The position numbers and the translations under genes are program-made. A stretch of 42,234 bases of DNA from Campylobacteraceae bacterium (lineage in GTDB: Bacteria; Campylobacterota; Campylobacteria; Campylobacterales; Arcobacteraceae), in NCBI GenBank assembly GCA_013215915.1, contig JABSON010000003.1, positions 1 through 42,234 of the forward strand, written 5' to 3'. The notes beneath the pieces are model-generated. The model did no database searches. It had not been told where the DNA came from and saw only the letters and a list, made by a program, of their open reading frames with translations. Each line of letters starts with the position of its first letter. Within the stretch, counting starts at the first letter, position 1. Shown piece after piece: positions 1-7,857 of this stretch.

Positions 1-352
1 CTTTTAGTTTAGTATCATTAGCATCAGTTAATAATGCAGCCTCTAATTCTGCTAAAGTAACGCCATCTTTGGGTGTGTCTTTGTCAGCTTCGGAAAATAT
101 TTTTTTTGCAGCTACTTTATCTCCTTTTACTACCAAGAGGTCAACTGCCATATTGTATTCATTTTCTGTGATTTTTCCGCTTTTATCAACATCGAGTGCA
201 GTGAAACATCTTGCAATTTGTTTTTTTACATTAGCTTCGACATATTCATGTGACTGCATAGAAGCAGTAGGTTTAAGGTTTCTAGTCTGTGTTGTGAAGG
301 AAACACATGAAAGGGATAAAACTACTAAGATTATTAGGCTTCTTGTATTCAT
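1..352 (-). CDS. Secreted EF-hand calcium-binding protein (partial; C-terminal end lies beyond the window start)
   Basis: Minus-strand ORF absent from the track because it runs off the edge. ATG at 352-350, then MNTRSLIILVVLSLSCVSF (signal-peptide-like). ALDVDKSGKITENE is a canonical 12-residue EF-hand loop (DxDxSGxIxxxE). A second acidic loop follows: ADKDTPKDGVTLAELE. Confidence 0.6.
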   Translation of the reverse strand, partial: MNTRSLIILVVLSLSCVSFTTQTRNLKPTASMQSHEYVEANVKKQIARCFTALDVDKSGKITENEYNMAVDLLVVKGDKVAAKKIFSEADKDTPKDGVTLAELEAALLTDANDTKLK

Positions 353-485
353 CTTTGATTATTATTTTTAATACATTGAAGCTAAATAGTAAATATTATT
401 TATTAACTTTAAACATGAAGAAAATAAATATATATGGAAATGGCACTATATATCAGGAATTATTTTAAGCCCATTAATATTATTT

Positions 486-1646
486 TTGTTAATTACAGGA
501 GCTATATATTTATTTAAAAATATATATGAAGATTATACATATGCAGATATTAAAAAAGTTGAGATTCAAGGCTCTAAATTTTCATATGAAGAACAATTTG
601 ATTTCGTAAAAGATTATGCTTTAAAAACACCTTCTAGTATTATTATTTCAAATAACATAAACGAAGTTACAGTATTTGAAATAGGTAAGTGGAGTAAAAA
701 AAGAAGTATTTTAGTAAATCCTTATACAGGAGATATAAAAGCTGATATAAGTAAAAAAGATACTTTAATGCATAAAGTTAAAAAACTTCATGGTGAACTA
801 TTATTATCTTCTTATGGAACAAAAATAATTGAACTTACTGCTTCTTGGATGGTAGTACTAATTCTTTCAGGAATGTATTTATGTTTGCCTAAAAAAGGTG
901 GAGGATTAAAAGATATATTTATAATAAGACTTAATGCTGGAAAATTAGCTTTTTATAGAGATCTTCATTCTGTTCTAGCATTATTAATGTCAATTTTATT
1001 ATTACTTACACTTGCAGGTGGTTTACCTTGGACTGATGTATGGGGTGGCTTATATAAAGAAGTTCAGAAATCTACTAATTCAGGATACCCAAAAGACTAT
1101 TCAGGGAAAAAACTAATATCAATTAATGAAAATAATGTAAAAAAAATCTCAATAGATGAAATGGTAGATCTTGCAAAAGATTTAAGATTAAAGGGAACAG
1201 TTACTTTGATTTTACCAAAAAATGAGAATTCAGTACTTACAGTTAAAAATAGAGCTCAAGATTTATATGATCAAAAAGTTTATCACTATGACCAGTACAC
1301 AAAAAAATTAATTAAATCATATGATTGGACTGATGTAGGTTCAATGATGCAAAGTAGACAGTGGCTAATGAGATTTCATCAAGGATTATTTGGAACTTGG
1401 AATTTTGTTCTAATGTTATTTGTTTGTTTATTAACTTTTATTTCAATTCTTGCAGGTATATATGCCTACATACTAAGAAAAGATAAAAAAGATTTAAAAA
1501 TACCATCTGCAAAACCTAAGTTTGGATATGGATTTATCTCTTTGATAATTTTATTAGGAGCATTATTTCCTTTATTTGGTTTAAGTATATTTATTATCTT
1601 AATATATGAATTATGTACAAAAATATGTATACAAAAAGAGAAATAA
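486..1646 (+). CDS. PepSY-associated TM-helix domain membrane protein (PiuB-like); 5' end ambiguous or disrupted
   Basis: 386-aa ORF with an N-terminal TM, a large soluble region, TM helices near residues 115-135 and 165-185, and C-terminal TMs (LMRFHQGLFGTW...). This is the typical PepSY_TM architecture. The family-typical N-terminal WKWHYISG motif is encoded upstream of the TTG at 486, in frame but without a start codon (see finding). Confidence 0.7.
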   Translation: MLITGAIYLFKNIYEDYTYADIKKVEIQGSKFSYEEQFDFVKDYALKTPSSIIISNNINEVTVFEIGKWSKKRSILVNPYTGDIKADISKKDTLMHKVKKLHGELLLSSYGTKIIELTASWMVVLILSGMYLCLPKKGGGLKDIFIIRLNAGKLAFYRDLHSVLALLMSILLLLTLAGGLPWTDVWGGLYKEVQKSTNSGYPKDYSGKKLISINENNVKKISIDEMVDLAKDLRLKGTVTLILPKNENSVLTVKNRAQDLYDQKVYHYDQYTKKLIKSYDWTDVGSMMQSRQWLMRFHQGLFGTWNFVLMLFVCLLTFISILAGIYAYILRKDKKDLKIPSAKPKFGYGFISLIILLGALFPLFGLSIFIILIYELCTKICIQKEK

Positions 1647-1730
1647 TACAATATTACTCAAGATTAGGTATAAGATTAATATTTATTTAGTTATAGTTTC
1701 GATAATCAAAATCAATAACTAAGGAAAAGT

Positions 1731-3071
1731 ATGAAAAAATACTTAAGTATGGCTGTATTATGTATGTCATTATTAACTGCTTGTGGAAATAATGATAAGA
1801 ATGAAGAAGTTAATTCTAAAAAAATAGTTAAGAGTAATCAACAAGAAGTAAGTCTTGACTTAGTTCTTCCCGTAAGTTTTAAAACTGTAAAAAAAAGATC
1901 TAAATCATTTGATCAATTACATTTTTATTTTTCAAAAGAAATAATTTATACATTAAAAATTATGAATGAAAAAGATGAAATTGTACTTGATCATGAAACA
2001 ACAAAATATGCAAATGAAAATCAATATAATTTAGGATTAAAAGAGAAAATTGATTATGGTGTATATAATTATGTTTTAGAAGTAAGTACAAAAGATGATA
2101 TTAAAAAAACTTATGAAGGTAGTTTTGAAAAAAAATTAGAATTACTTTATGAAGGAACTAAGAAGATAACTGATATCTCATTATCAGATAATGAAGAATT
2201 AATTTATGTTGCAGAACAGGCAGATTCTTATGGTGAGTCTGCTAAGTTATATTCTATTTCTTTAGAAGATAAAACAAAAAATGATATAGTATTTACAGAT
2301 TCTCCACTGTCTATTTATGATATTGAAGAATATAAAGGTAAACTTTTTATTGCAGGAATGGGTACAAACTTATTAATGAGTAAAAACCTTGTAACTAATG
2401 AAGAAGAAAATATATTTAAAGATATTCAATGTAGCGGATATGGTTGTTATAGTGTTTTTTCTATAAAAAAATATAAAGATTCATTATATATAGGAACTGA
2501 TAAGGGTTTATATAAATTAAGTGATGATAATACTATAGTTAAAATTACAGATCATTTATTAGATGCTGATGAAATTATTAAAAGTTTATATGTTGATTCT
2601 AAGGGGTATTTATGGATTACATCTATGGATAATGCAGGAGTATCATATTTTGATGGTACAAAATGGACTTCATTAGCAGATAAACTTTCATCAGGTGGTT
2701 ATATAGATATAGTTGAAGGCGATAATGGTGATTATTGGTTAGCTGGAAATACAAGTGGATTAACAAAATACAATATAAATGATAAAAGTATAAAAACATA
2801 TACACCTTACAATAGTGATATTTTAGATCATAATATTATATCTGTTGCTTATAATGGTAAAGTAATTGTAGGATCTCATGATTATGGTTTTAGTACATTT
2901 GATAAGTCTTCTTGGCTGAAATATGATAAAAGCAATACTTTAATTACTGGAATGACAAGTGATATGTGTTATTCAAATTGTGCACCTATTCAAGTTGCAG
3001 AAAGAATGATTCAAGGTAAAGATAAAAATGTATTTGTAGTCGTTAGTAAATCTTTATTTAAAATTCATTAA
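1731..3071 (+). CDS. Lipoprotein with beta-propeller (two-component-regulator-propeller-like) repeats
   Basis: Signal peptide ending in lipobox LLTAC. The C-terminal half has repeated motifs typical of Reg_prop blades: DSLYIGTDKGLYKL, GYLWITSMDNAGVSYFDGTKW, GDYWLAGNTSGLTKYN, GKVIVGSHDYGFSTFDKSSW. Confidence 0.55.
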   Translation: MKKYLSMAVLCMSLLTACGNNDKNEEVNSKKIVKSNQQEVSLDLVLPVSFKTVKKRSKSFDQLHFYFSKEIIYTLKIMNEKDEIVLDHETTKYANENQYNLGLKEKIDYGVYNYVLEVSTKDDIKKTYEGSFEKKLELLYEGTKKITDISLSDNEELIYVAEQADSYGESAKLYSISLEDKTKNDIVFTDSPLSIYDIEEYKGKLFIAGMGTNLLMSKNLVTNEEENIFKDIQCSGYGCYSVFSIKKYKDSLYIGTDKGLYKLSDDNTIVKITDHLLDADEIIKSLYVDSKGYLWITSMDNAGVSYFDGTKWTSLADKLSSGGYIDIVEGDNGDYWLAGNTSGLTKYNINDKSIKTYTPYNSDILDHNIISVAYNGKVIVGSHDYGFSTFDKSSWLKYDKSNTLITGMTSDMCYSNCAPIQVAERMIQGKDKNVFVVVSKSLFKIH

Positions 3072-3086
3072 TTATAATAATTTTTC

Positions 3087-3115
3087 TTGACATATATTTT
3101 TTCATATGATAAACT
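3087..3115 (+). promoter_or_regulatory. Sigma70-type promoter of the cop operon (TTGACA-N17-TAAACT)
   Basis: TTGACA at 3087-3092, a 17-nt spacer, TAAACT at 3110-3115. It lies about 30 nt upstream of the copZ-like start. Confidence 0.6.
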
Positions 3116-3130
3116 CTTCATATGAAAAAA
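3097..3130. promoter_or_regulatory. Perfect 13-bp inverted repeat; putative ArsR/SmtB operator overlapping the -10 box
   Basis: TTTTTTCATATGA (3097-3109), then 8 nt, then TCATATGAAAAAA (3118-3130). The 8-nt spacer contains the -10 hexamer. A partial third copy, TCATAT, is at 3134-3139. Confidence 0.6.
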
Positions 3131-3149
3131 ATATCATATAAGGATGATT

Positions 3150-3356
3150 ATGAAAAAAACATTTAAAGCTGAGAATATTTCTTGTGGTAAGTGTGCTAAT
3201 TTAATTAAAGTTTCACTAGAAGATGATTTTGGTGATATTGAAGTTAATCTAAATTCAAACCCTAAAGAAGTAAGTCTAGAAATTCCAAATCAAGCTAAAG
3301 AAGAACTATTTAAAGTAGAAATGGCTGATATTGGTTTTTCAATTATAGAATCTTAG
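3150..3356 (+). CDS. copZ: Heavy-metal-associated (HMA) domain metallochaperone, CopZ-like
   Basis: About 68 aa with the metal-binding motif SCGKC (CxxC) near the N-terminus, as in HMA ferredoxin-fold proteins. The SD AAGGA at 3140-3144 favours the ATG at 3150 over the ATG at 3144. Confidence 0.75.
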   Translation: MKKTFKAENISCGKCANLIKVSLEDDFGDIEVNLNSNPKEVSLEIPNQAKEELFKVEMADIGFSIIES

Positions 3357-3357
3357 T

Positions 3358-3714
3358 ATGAACGAATCAAAGACTTTGATTCGTTCTTGCTGTGAAGATA
3401 TCTCACACTTAGAACAAATCAATAAAAAACTACCCTCATGTGATGAAATACTATTTTTATCTACTATATTAAAAGCAATTGCTGATCCTACAAGACTTAA
3501 AATTCTTCTTGCACTTTTAGAATATGAAATATGCGTAGGTGAGATGGTTAATATATTGAAACTTCCCCAAACTAATGTATCTCATCAATTAAAGATTTTA
3601 AGAGAAAAAGGACTTGTTTCTTTTAAAAAAGATAAAAAGATGTCTTTTTATTATATTTGTAATGATGAAATAAAAGATTTATTAATAGATGTTTTAAAAA
3701 TAAATAAGGTTTAG
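3358..3714 (+). CDS. ArsR/SmtB-family metalloregulatory transcriptional repressor
   Basis: ALADPTRLKILLALLEYEICVGEMVNILKLPQTNVSHQLKILREKGLV is the winged-HTH signature of ArsR/SmtB. Cys residues sit in the N-terminal arm (SCCED, PSCDE) plus one alpha3 Cys (ICVG). No C-terminal His/Asp alpha5 site is present. Confidence 0.85.
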   Translation: MNESKTLIRSCCEDISHLEQINKKLPSCDEILFLSTILKAIADPTRLKILLALLEYEICVGEMVNILKLPQTNVSHQLKILREKGLVSFKKDKKMSFYYICNDEIKDLLIDVLKINKV

Positions 3715-3716
3715 AT

Positions 3717-5891
3717 ATGTCAAAAGAAAACATAAAATTAAATATATCTGGTATGACCTGTGTTAACTGTTCAAATGGAATTGAAAAAATAAGCAATAAA
3801 ATGAAAGGCCTTAGTTTTTCAAAGGTTTCATTTACTTCAAATTCAGGTGAGTTTATAATTGATACAGAGCACTTAAGCAAACATAAACTAATAAATAAAA
3901 TAAAAGCTTTAGGTTATGAAGTTGTAGAAGATTTAGAAGAACTTGAAAAAAATAAGATAAAAGCATATGTAAAATTAAAAAATACATTTTTTATCTCTTT
4001 AACACTTACATCTCTAATGTTTTATTTTATGTTTTTTCCAAAAGAGAATAATACATATATCTTATTTCTCCTAGCATCAATAGTTCAGTTCTATTGTGGA
4101 TTGAGATTTTATACCCTCTCATATAAGGCATTATCTCATAATAACTATGATATGAATGTATTAGTAGCACTTGGAACTTCTGCTGCTTATTTTTATTCTG
4201 CTTTTGTAGTAATAAGCCCAACTCTATTCCCAGAAAATTTAAGATTTGTATATTTTGATGGTGCTGCTGTTATTATTACTTTTATTTTATTAGGAAGATT
4301 ATTAGAAGAGAGATCACGTGCAAAAGCTAGTGATTTTTTAAAGAGTTTAATGAACTTAGCTCCTTTAAAAGCTAATATTATAAAAGATAATGGTGATATA
4401 AAGCAAATACCTGCAAAAGATTTAGAAATAGGCGACATAGTATTAATCAAACAAGGTGAACAAGTATCAGCTGATTGTTTAATTATAAAAGGTTATGCTG
4501 ATATTAATGCTTCTATGATTACAGGTGAATCTATGCCTGTATATAAAACTATAGGTGATGAAATAATTGCTGGAACTATTAATACTAATGGTGTAATTGA
4601 AGCAAAAGTTCTAAAAAAATCAAGTGATACAAAAATCTCAAAAATAATTGACTTATTATCACTTGCTCAAAGTAAACAAATGCCAATAGCTAGGTTTGCA
4701 GATAAAGTTGCAAATATATTTGTACCCTTAGTAATAGGAATATCTATATTAACTTTTTTAGTATGGTACTTTATAGTAGGTAATACCTTAATGGCTATAT
4801 TAGCTTCAATCTCAGTTTTAATTATATCTTGTCCTTGTGCGCTGGGTCTTGCTACTCCAATAGCAATTGTAAGTTCAGTTGCAGCTGGAGCAAAAGAAGG
4901 AATATTAATTAAAAATCCTGAAGTTCTAGAAATTATAAAAGATATTAGATATGCAGTATTTGATAAAACAGGTACTTTAACTAAGGGTGAGATTAAAGTT
5001 AAAGATATGGATATAGATGAAAAATATTTAAATCTTATTTATGCATTAGAGAAAGTAAATGAACATGCTATTTCAAAAGCAATCATTAACTATATAGATG
5101 ATAAGAATATTAAAGAAGAGAGTATAGAACTAGAAGAGTTTAAAAATATTCCAGGACGAGGATTAAGTGCTAAATATAATAATGAATTAGTATTAATTGG
5201 AAATATAGCCTTATTAGAAGAGAATAATATAAGTATTGCCCAGGTGAAAAAAGAGTTTTATCTTAATACTCTTAACAAAGGAAATGTATCTGTATTAGTA
5301 TCTTATAAAAATGAATGTAAGGGCTCAATTTCATTAGAAGATGAAATTAAAGAGGGTGCGATAGAGTTAATAAAAGCTTTAAATGCTAAAAATATTCAAA
5401 CTATTCTATTAACAGGTGATAATAAATTAACTGCTAAAAATATAGCAAATACATTAGGTATTAAAACCATATATTCAGAAGTATTACCAAATGAAAAATA
5501 TGATCTAATTAAAAGTTTACAAAATAATTCTAAGATTATGTTTGTAGGTGATGGAGTGAATGATTCACCTTCTATTAAACAAGCTGATATAGGAATAACA
5601 TTAAACTCAGGATCTGACATCACAAAAGATGCAGGTGATATTATATTAATGAATAATGATATAGCTTGCGTATTAAAAAGTATAAACTTATCTTTTAAAA
5701 CAATGAAAATAATTAAACAAAATCTATTTTGGGCATTCTTCTATAATGCTTTAGGAATACCATTAGCAGCTGGAATATTTTATTCGAGTTTTGGGATTAT
5801 GTTAAGTCCTATGTATGCAGGAATAGCTATGAGTTTTTCTTCTGTTATTGTTGTTTTGAATTCTTTGAGATTAAAGATGTATAGTTTGTAA
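3717..5891 (+). CDS. copA: Cu(I)-translocating P1B-type ATPase
   Basis: N-terminal HMA domain (GMTCVNC), TM6 CPCALGLATP, phosphorylation site DKTGTLT and hinge GDGVNDSP. The TM7/8 motif YN...P-x6-MSFSS-x5-N is characteristic of the Cu+/Ag+ P1B-1 subgroup. Confidence 0.9.
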   Translation: MSKENIKLNISGMTCVNCSNGIEKISNKMKGLSFSKVSFTSNSGEFIIDTEHLSKHKLINKIKALGYEVVEDLEELEKNKIKAYVKLKNTFFISLTLTSLMFYFMFFPKENNTYILFLLASIVQFYCGLRFYTLSYKALSHNNYDMNVLVALGTSAAYFYSAFVVISPTLFPENLRFVYFDGAAVIITFILLGRLLEERSRAKASDFLKSLMNLAPLKANIIKDNGDIKQIPAKDLEIGDIVLIKQGEQVSADCLIIKGYADINASMITGESMPVYKTIGDEIIAGTINTNGVIEAKVLKKSSDTKISKIIDLLSLAQSKQMPIARFADKVANIFVPLVIGISILTFLVWYFIVGNTLMAILASISVLIISCPCALGLATPIAIVSSVAAGAKEGILIKNPEVLEIIKDIRYAVFDKTGTLTKGEIKVKDMDIDEKYLNLIYALEKVNEHAISKAIINYIDDKNIKEESIELEEFKNIPGRGLSAKYNNELVLIGNIALLEENNISIAQVKKEFYLNTLNKGNVSVLVSYKNECKGSISLEDEIKEGAIELIKALNAKNIQTILLTGDNKLTAKNIANTLGIKTIYSEVLPNEKYDLIKSLQNNSKIMFVGDGVNDSPSIKQADIGITLNSGSDITKDAGDIILMNNDIACVLKSINLSFKTMKIIKQNLFWAFFYNALGIPLAAGIFYSSFGIMLSPMYAGIAMSFSSVIVVLNSLRLKMYSL

Positions 5892-5901
5892 AATAAATGA
5901 T

Positions 5902-5938
5902 AAAGAATAAGATGAATTTTGCATACTTCTTATTCTTT
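5902..5938. terminator. Bidirectional hairpin between convergent copA and tdk
   Basis: AAAGAATAAGA (5902-5912) pairs perfectly with TCTTATTCTTT (5928-5938), giving an 11-bp stem and a 15-nt loop. Flanks are A/T-rich. Confidence 0.5.
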
Positions 5939-5946
5939 TATAAATA

Positions 5947-6546
5947 TTATCCTAAGTTCCTAAATATATCACTCAACTGAGTATCATTAGTTTCATTAGT
6001 ATAATGTTTAAAACATACAGATGTATATTTATCTTCAGCTCCACAATCAATAATATCACCATAATAAATAGGGTTTGAATCTGAATCAGTTTTTAAAATC
6101 ATAGTAGCTTTTTCTCCACAATGACAATAAGATGAATTTTCAACTATTTCATCAGCAATAGCTAGTAAAAAAGCAGATGATTCAAATAGTTCCATTTTAA
6201 ATGTATTCTTTAATCCAAAACATTCAACTGTTGCACCTTTTAATGATATTTTTCTTAAATCAAATATTTGTTTTTTAGATAAGAACTGACATTCATCAAC
6301 TAAAATGTATTTATCTTTATAATCATCAAATGGAAGTATGTCACTTACGTTTTGTGTTTCATTTAATATTAAACAATCAGACTTAAATCCATTTCTAGAT
6401 TCTATTGTTTCCGTTCTTGTATCAAGTGATGGTTTAATTAAAGTAACACTTTTACCAATAGCCATAAGGTTATATGCTTCTGTTAATAGTTTTGCAGTTT
6501 TTCCTGCATTCATAGTTGCATATTGAAAGATTAATTTTCCGCTCAT
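5947..6546 (-). CDS. tdk: Thymidine kinase
   Basis: MSGKLIFQYATMNAGKTAKLL (P-loop), VDECQFL, and a C-terminal zinc-ribbon cysteine pattern (CHCGEKA ... CFKH). Start chosen at the ATG at 6546. The 26-aa extension in the track ORF has no family counterpart. Confidence 0.85.
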   Translation of the reverse strand: MSGKLIFQYATMNAGKTAKLLTEAYNLMAIGKSVTLIKPSLDTRTETIESRNGFKSDCLILNETQNVSDILPFDDYKDKYILVDECQFLSKKQIFDLRKISLKGATVECFGLKNTFKMELFESSAFLLAIADEIVENSSYCHCGEKATMILKTDSDSNPIYYGDIIDCGAEDKYTSVCFKHYTNETNDTQLSDIFRNLG

Positions 6547-6647
6547 TTGTTTTTTCCTATTTATATTATGATTCAAGTATAAAGATAATACTTTAAAATG
6601 TTTTTGGAATAATAACATAAGCACTTTAAATTTACTTTTATTTTTAT

Positions 6648-6672
6648 CTATGTTAATATTGAATTAACATAG
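6648..6672. promoter_or_regulatory. Perfect 10-bp inverted repeat in the divergent tdk / cpxP-like promoter region
   Basis: CTATGTTAAT (6648-6657), 5 nt, ATTAACATAG (6663-6672). It ends about 60 nt upstream of the 6735 start codon. Confidence 0.35.
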
Positions 6673-6734
6673 AGTTTATAAATGATTAAAAATAGAATGT
6701 CATAATTTTCATATATAAAAACAAAGGACATATT

Positions 6735-7211
6735 ATGAAAAACAGAATTATAGGATCGTTATTAATAGTATCAGTATTAAGTGTAGGTGCATTTGCTCAA
6801 AACCATTATGATAAGAATGATTCAAAGTCTTCATCAATTTGTAAAAGTGATAAAAAGAATAATCATTATAAAATGAAAAGATCACATAATAGAGGTGGAA
6901 TACTATTTTTAGTTAAAAAACTTAATTTAGATGATTCTCAAAAGACTAAGATTAAAAGTATAATGAATCAAAGAAATACAAATGAAAAAACTATAGCTTC
7001 TTCATTTACATCATCAAGTTTTGATAAAAACAAATATATAGATATTATTAAAGATAAAAAAGAAAATATGTTAAAGTTACGTGCAGATAAAATCGAAAAA
7101 GTATATAATATTCTAAATTCAAAACAAAAAACTCAGTTAAAAGTTTTGATAGATTTGAAAGCTGAAAAAAAAGGAAAACATTTTGATAAACGTTTTAATG
7201 GTAGAGGATGA
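6735..7211 (+). CDS. Periplasmic Spy/CpxP/ZraP-family (LTxxQ-motif) protein
   Basis: Signal peptide (LLIVSVLSVGAFA) and two LTxxQ-type motifs (LDDSQKTKI, LNSKQKTQL) in a highly charged helical protein. It sits directly upstream of, and overlaps, a two-component system. Confidence 0.6.
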   Translation: MKNRIIGSLLIVSVLSVGAFAQNHYDKNDSKSSSICKSDKKNNHYKMKRSHNRGGILFLVKKLNLDDSQKTKIKSIMNQRNTNEKTIASSFTSSSFDKNKYIDIIKDKKENMLKLRADKIEKVYNILNSKQKTQLKVLIDLKAEKKGKHFDKRFNGRG

Positions 7212-7857
7212 TAGTGAATTAGCAGAAGTATTATCACAGTATTTAAAGAAGTTTAATATACACGTTACAAATTATGAAGATCCTTTTTTAGCTTTAAGCG
7301 CTTTAAAACTATCTTCATATGATTTAGTTATCTTAGATTTAACGCTGCCTGGAATGGATGGTTTAGATGTATGTAAAAACATTCTAGAGCATCACGATAT
7401 ACCTATTATAATATCAAGTGCAAGAAGTGATATTACTGATAAAGTCATTGCTTTGCAATTAGGGGCTGATGACTACTTACCCAAACCTTATGATCCAAGA
7501 GAACTTGAAATTAGAATTAGAACAATATTGAGAAGATATAATAAAAGTTTAGAAGAAAAAGAAATTACAAAAACTTTTGTTTTAAATGAAAAAAAAAGAG
7601 AAATCAGAAAGAATGCTGAGGTTATTAAATTAACAGCAGCTGAGTACGAAGTTTTATCTTTATTTTTAAAAAGAGTTGATTTTATTATCTCAAGAGAAGA
7701 TATTTTTGAAAATTCTAATTTATTAAATAGCGATTATGATAATGTTGGTTCATTATCTGTTATAATAAATAGAATAAGGCATAAGATTGAAGATAATAGT
7801 AAAAGTCCTAAATATCTTCATACAATTCGAGGAATGGGGTATAAATTCACACAATGA
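7183..7857 (+). CDS. OmpR/PhoB-family response regulator
   Basis: REC domain (VLMVEDD, DLVILDLTLPGMDG, LPKP) plus a C-terminal winged-helix (LTAAEYEVLSLF..., IRGMGYKF). TTG start overlaps the upstream gene by 29 nt. Confidence 0.9.
   Translation: MINVLMVEDDSELAEVLSQYLKKFNIHVTNYEDPFLALSALKLSSYDLVILDLTLPGMDGLDVCKNILEHHDIPIIISSARSDITDKVIALQLGADDYLPKPYDPRELEIRIRTILRRYNKSLEEKEITKTFVLNEKKREIRKNAEVIKLTAAEYEVLSLFLKRVDFIISREDIFENSNLLNSDYDNVGSLSVIINRIRHKIEDNSKSPKYLHTIRGMGYKFTQ

Noticed and set aside
69-371. 100-aa + strand ORF from the track
   Set aside because: It is the antisense shadow of the minus-strand EF-hand gene (1-352). It has no SD and a low-complexity hydrophobic translation, while the opposite strand carries a canonical EF-hand loop and a signal peptide.
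6547-6624. 26-codon N-terminal extension of thymidine kinase in the track ORF
   Set aside because: The Tdk family starts just before the P-loop (MSGKLIFQYATMNAGKT). The extension is hydrophobic and junk-like and would remove the promoter space.
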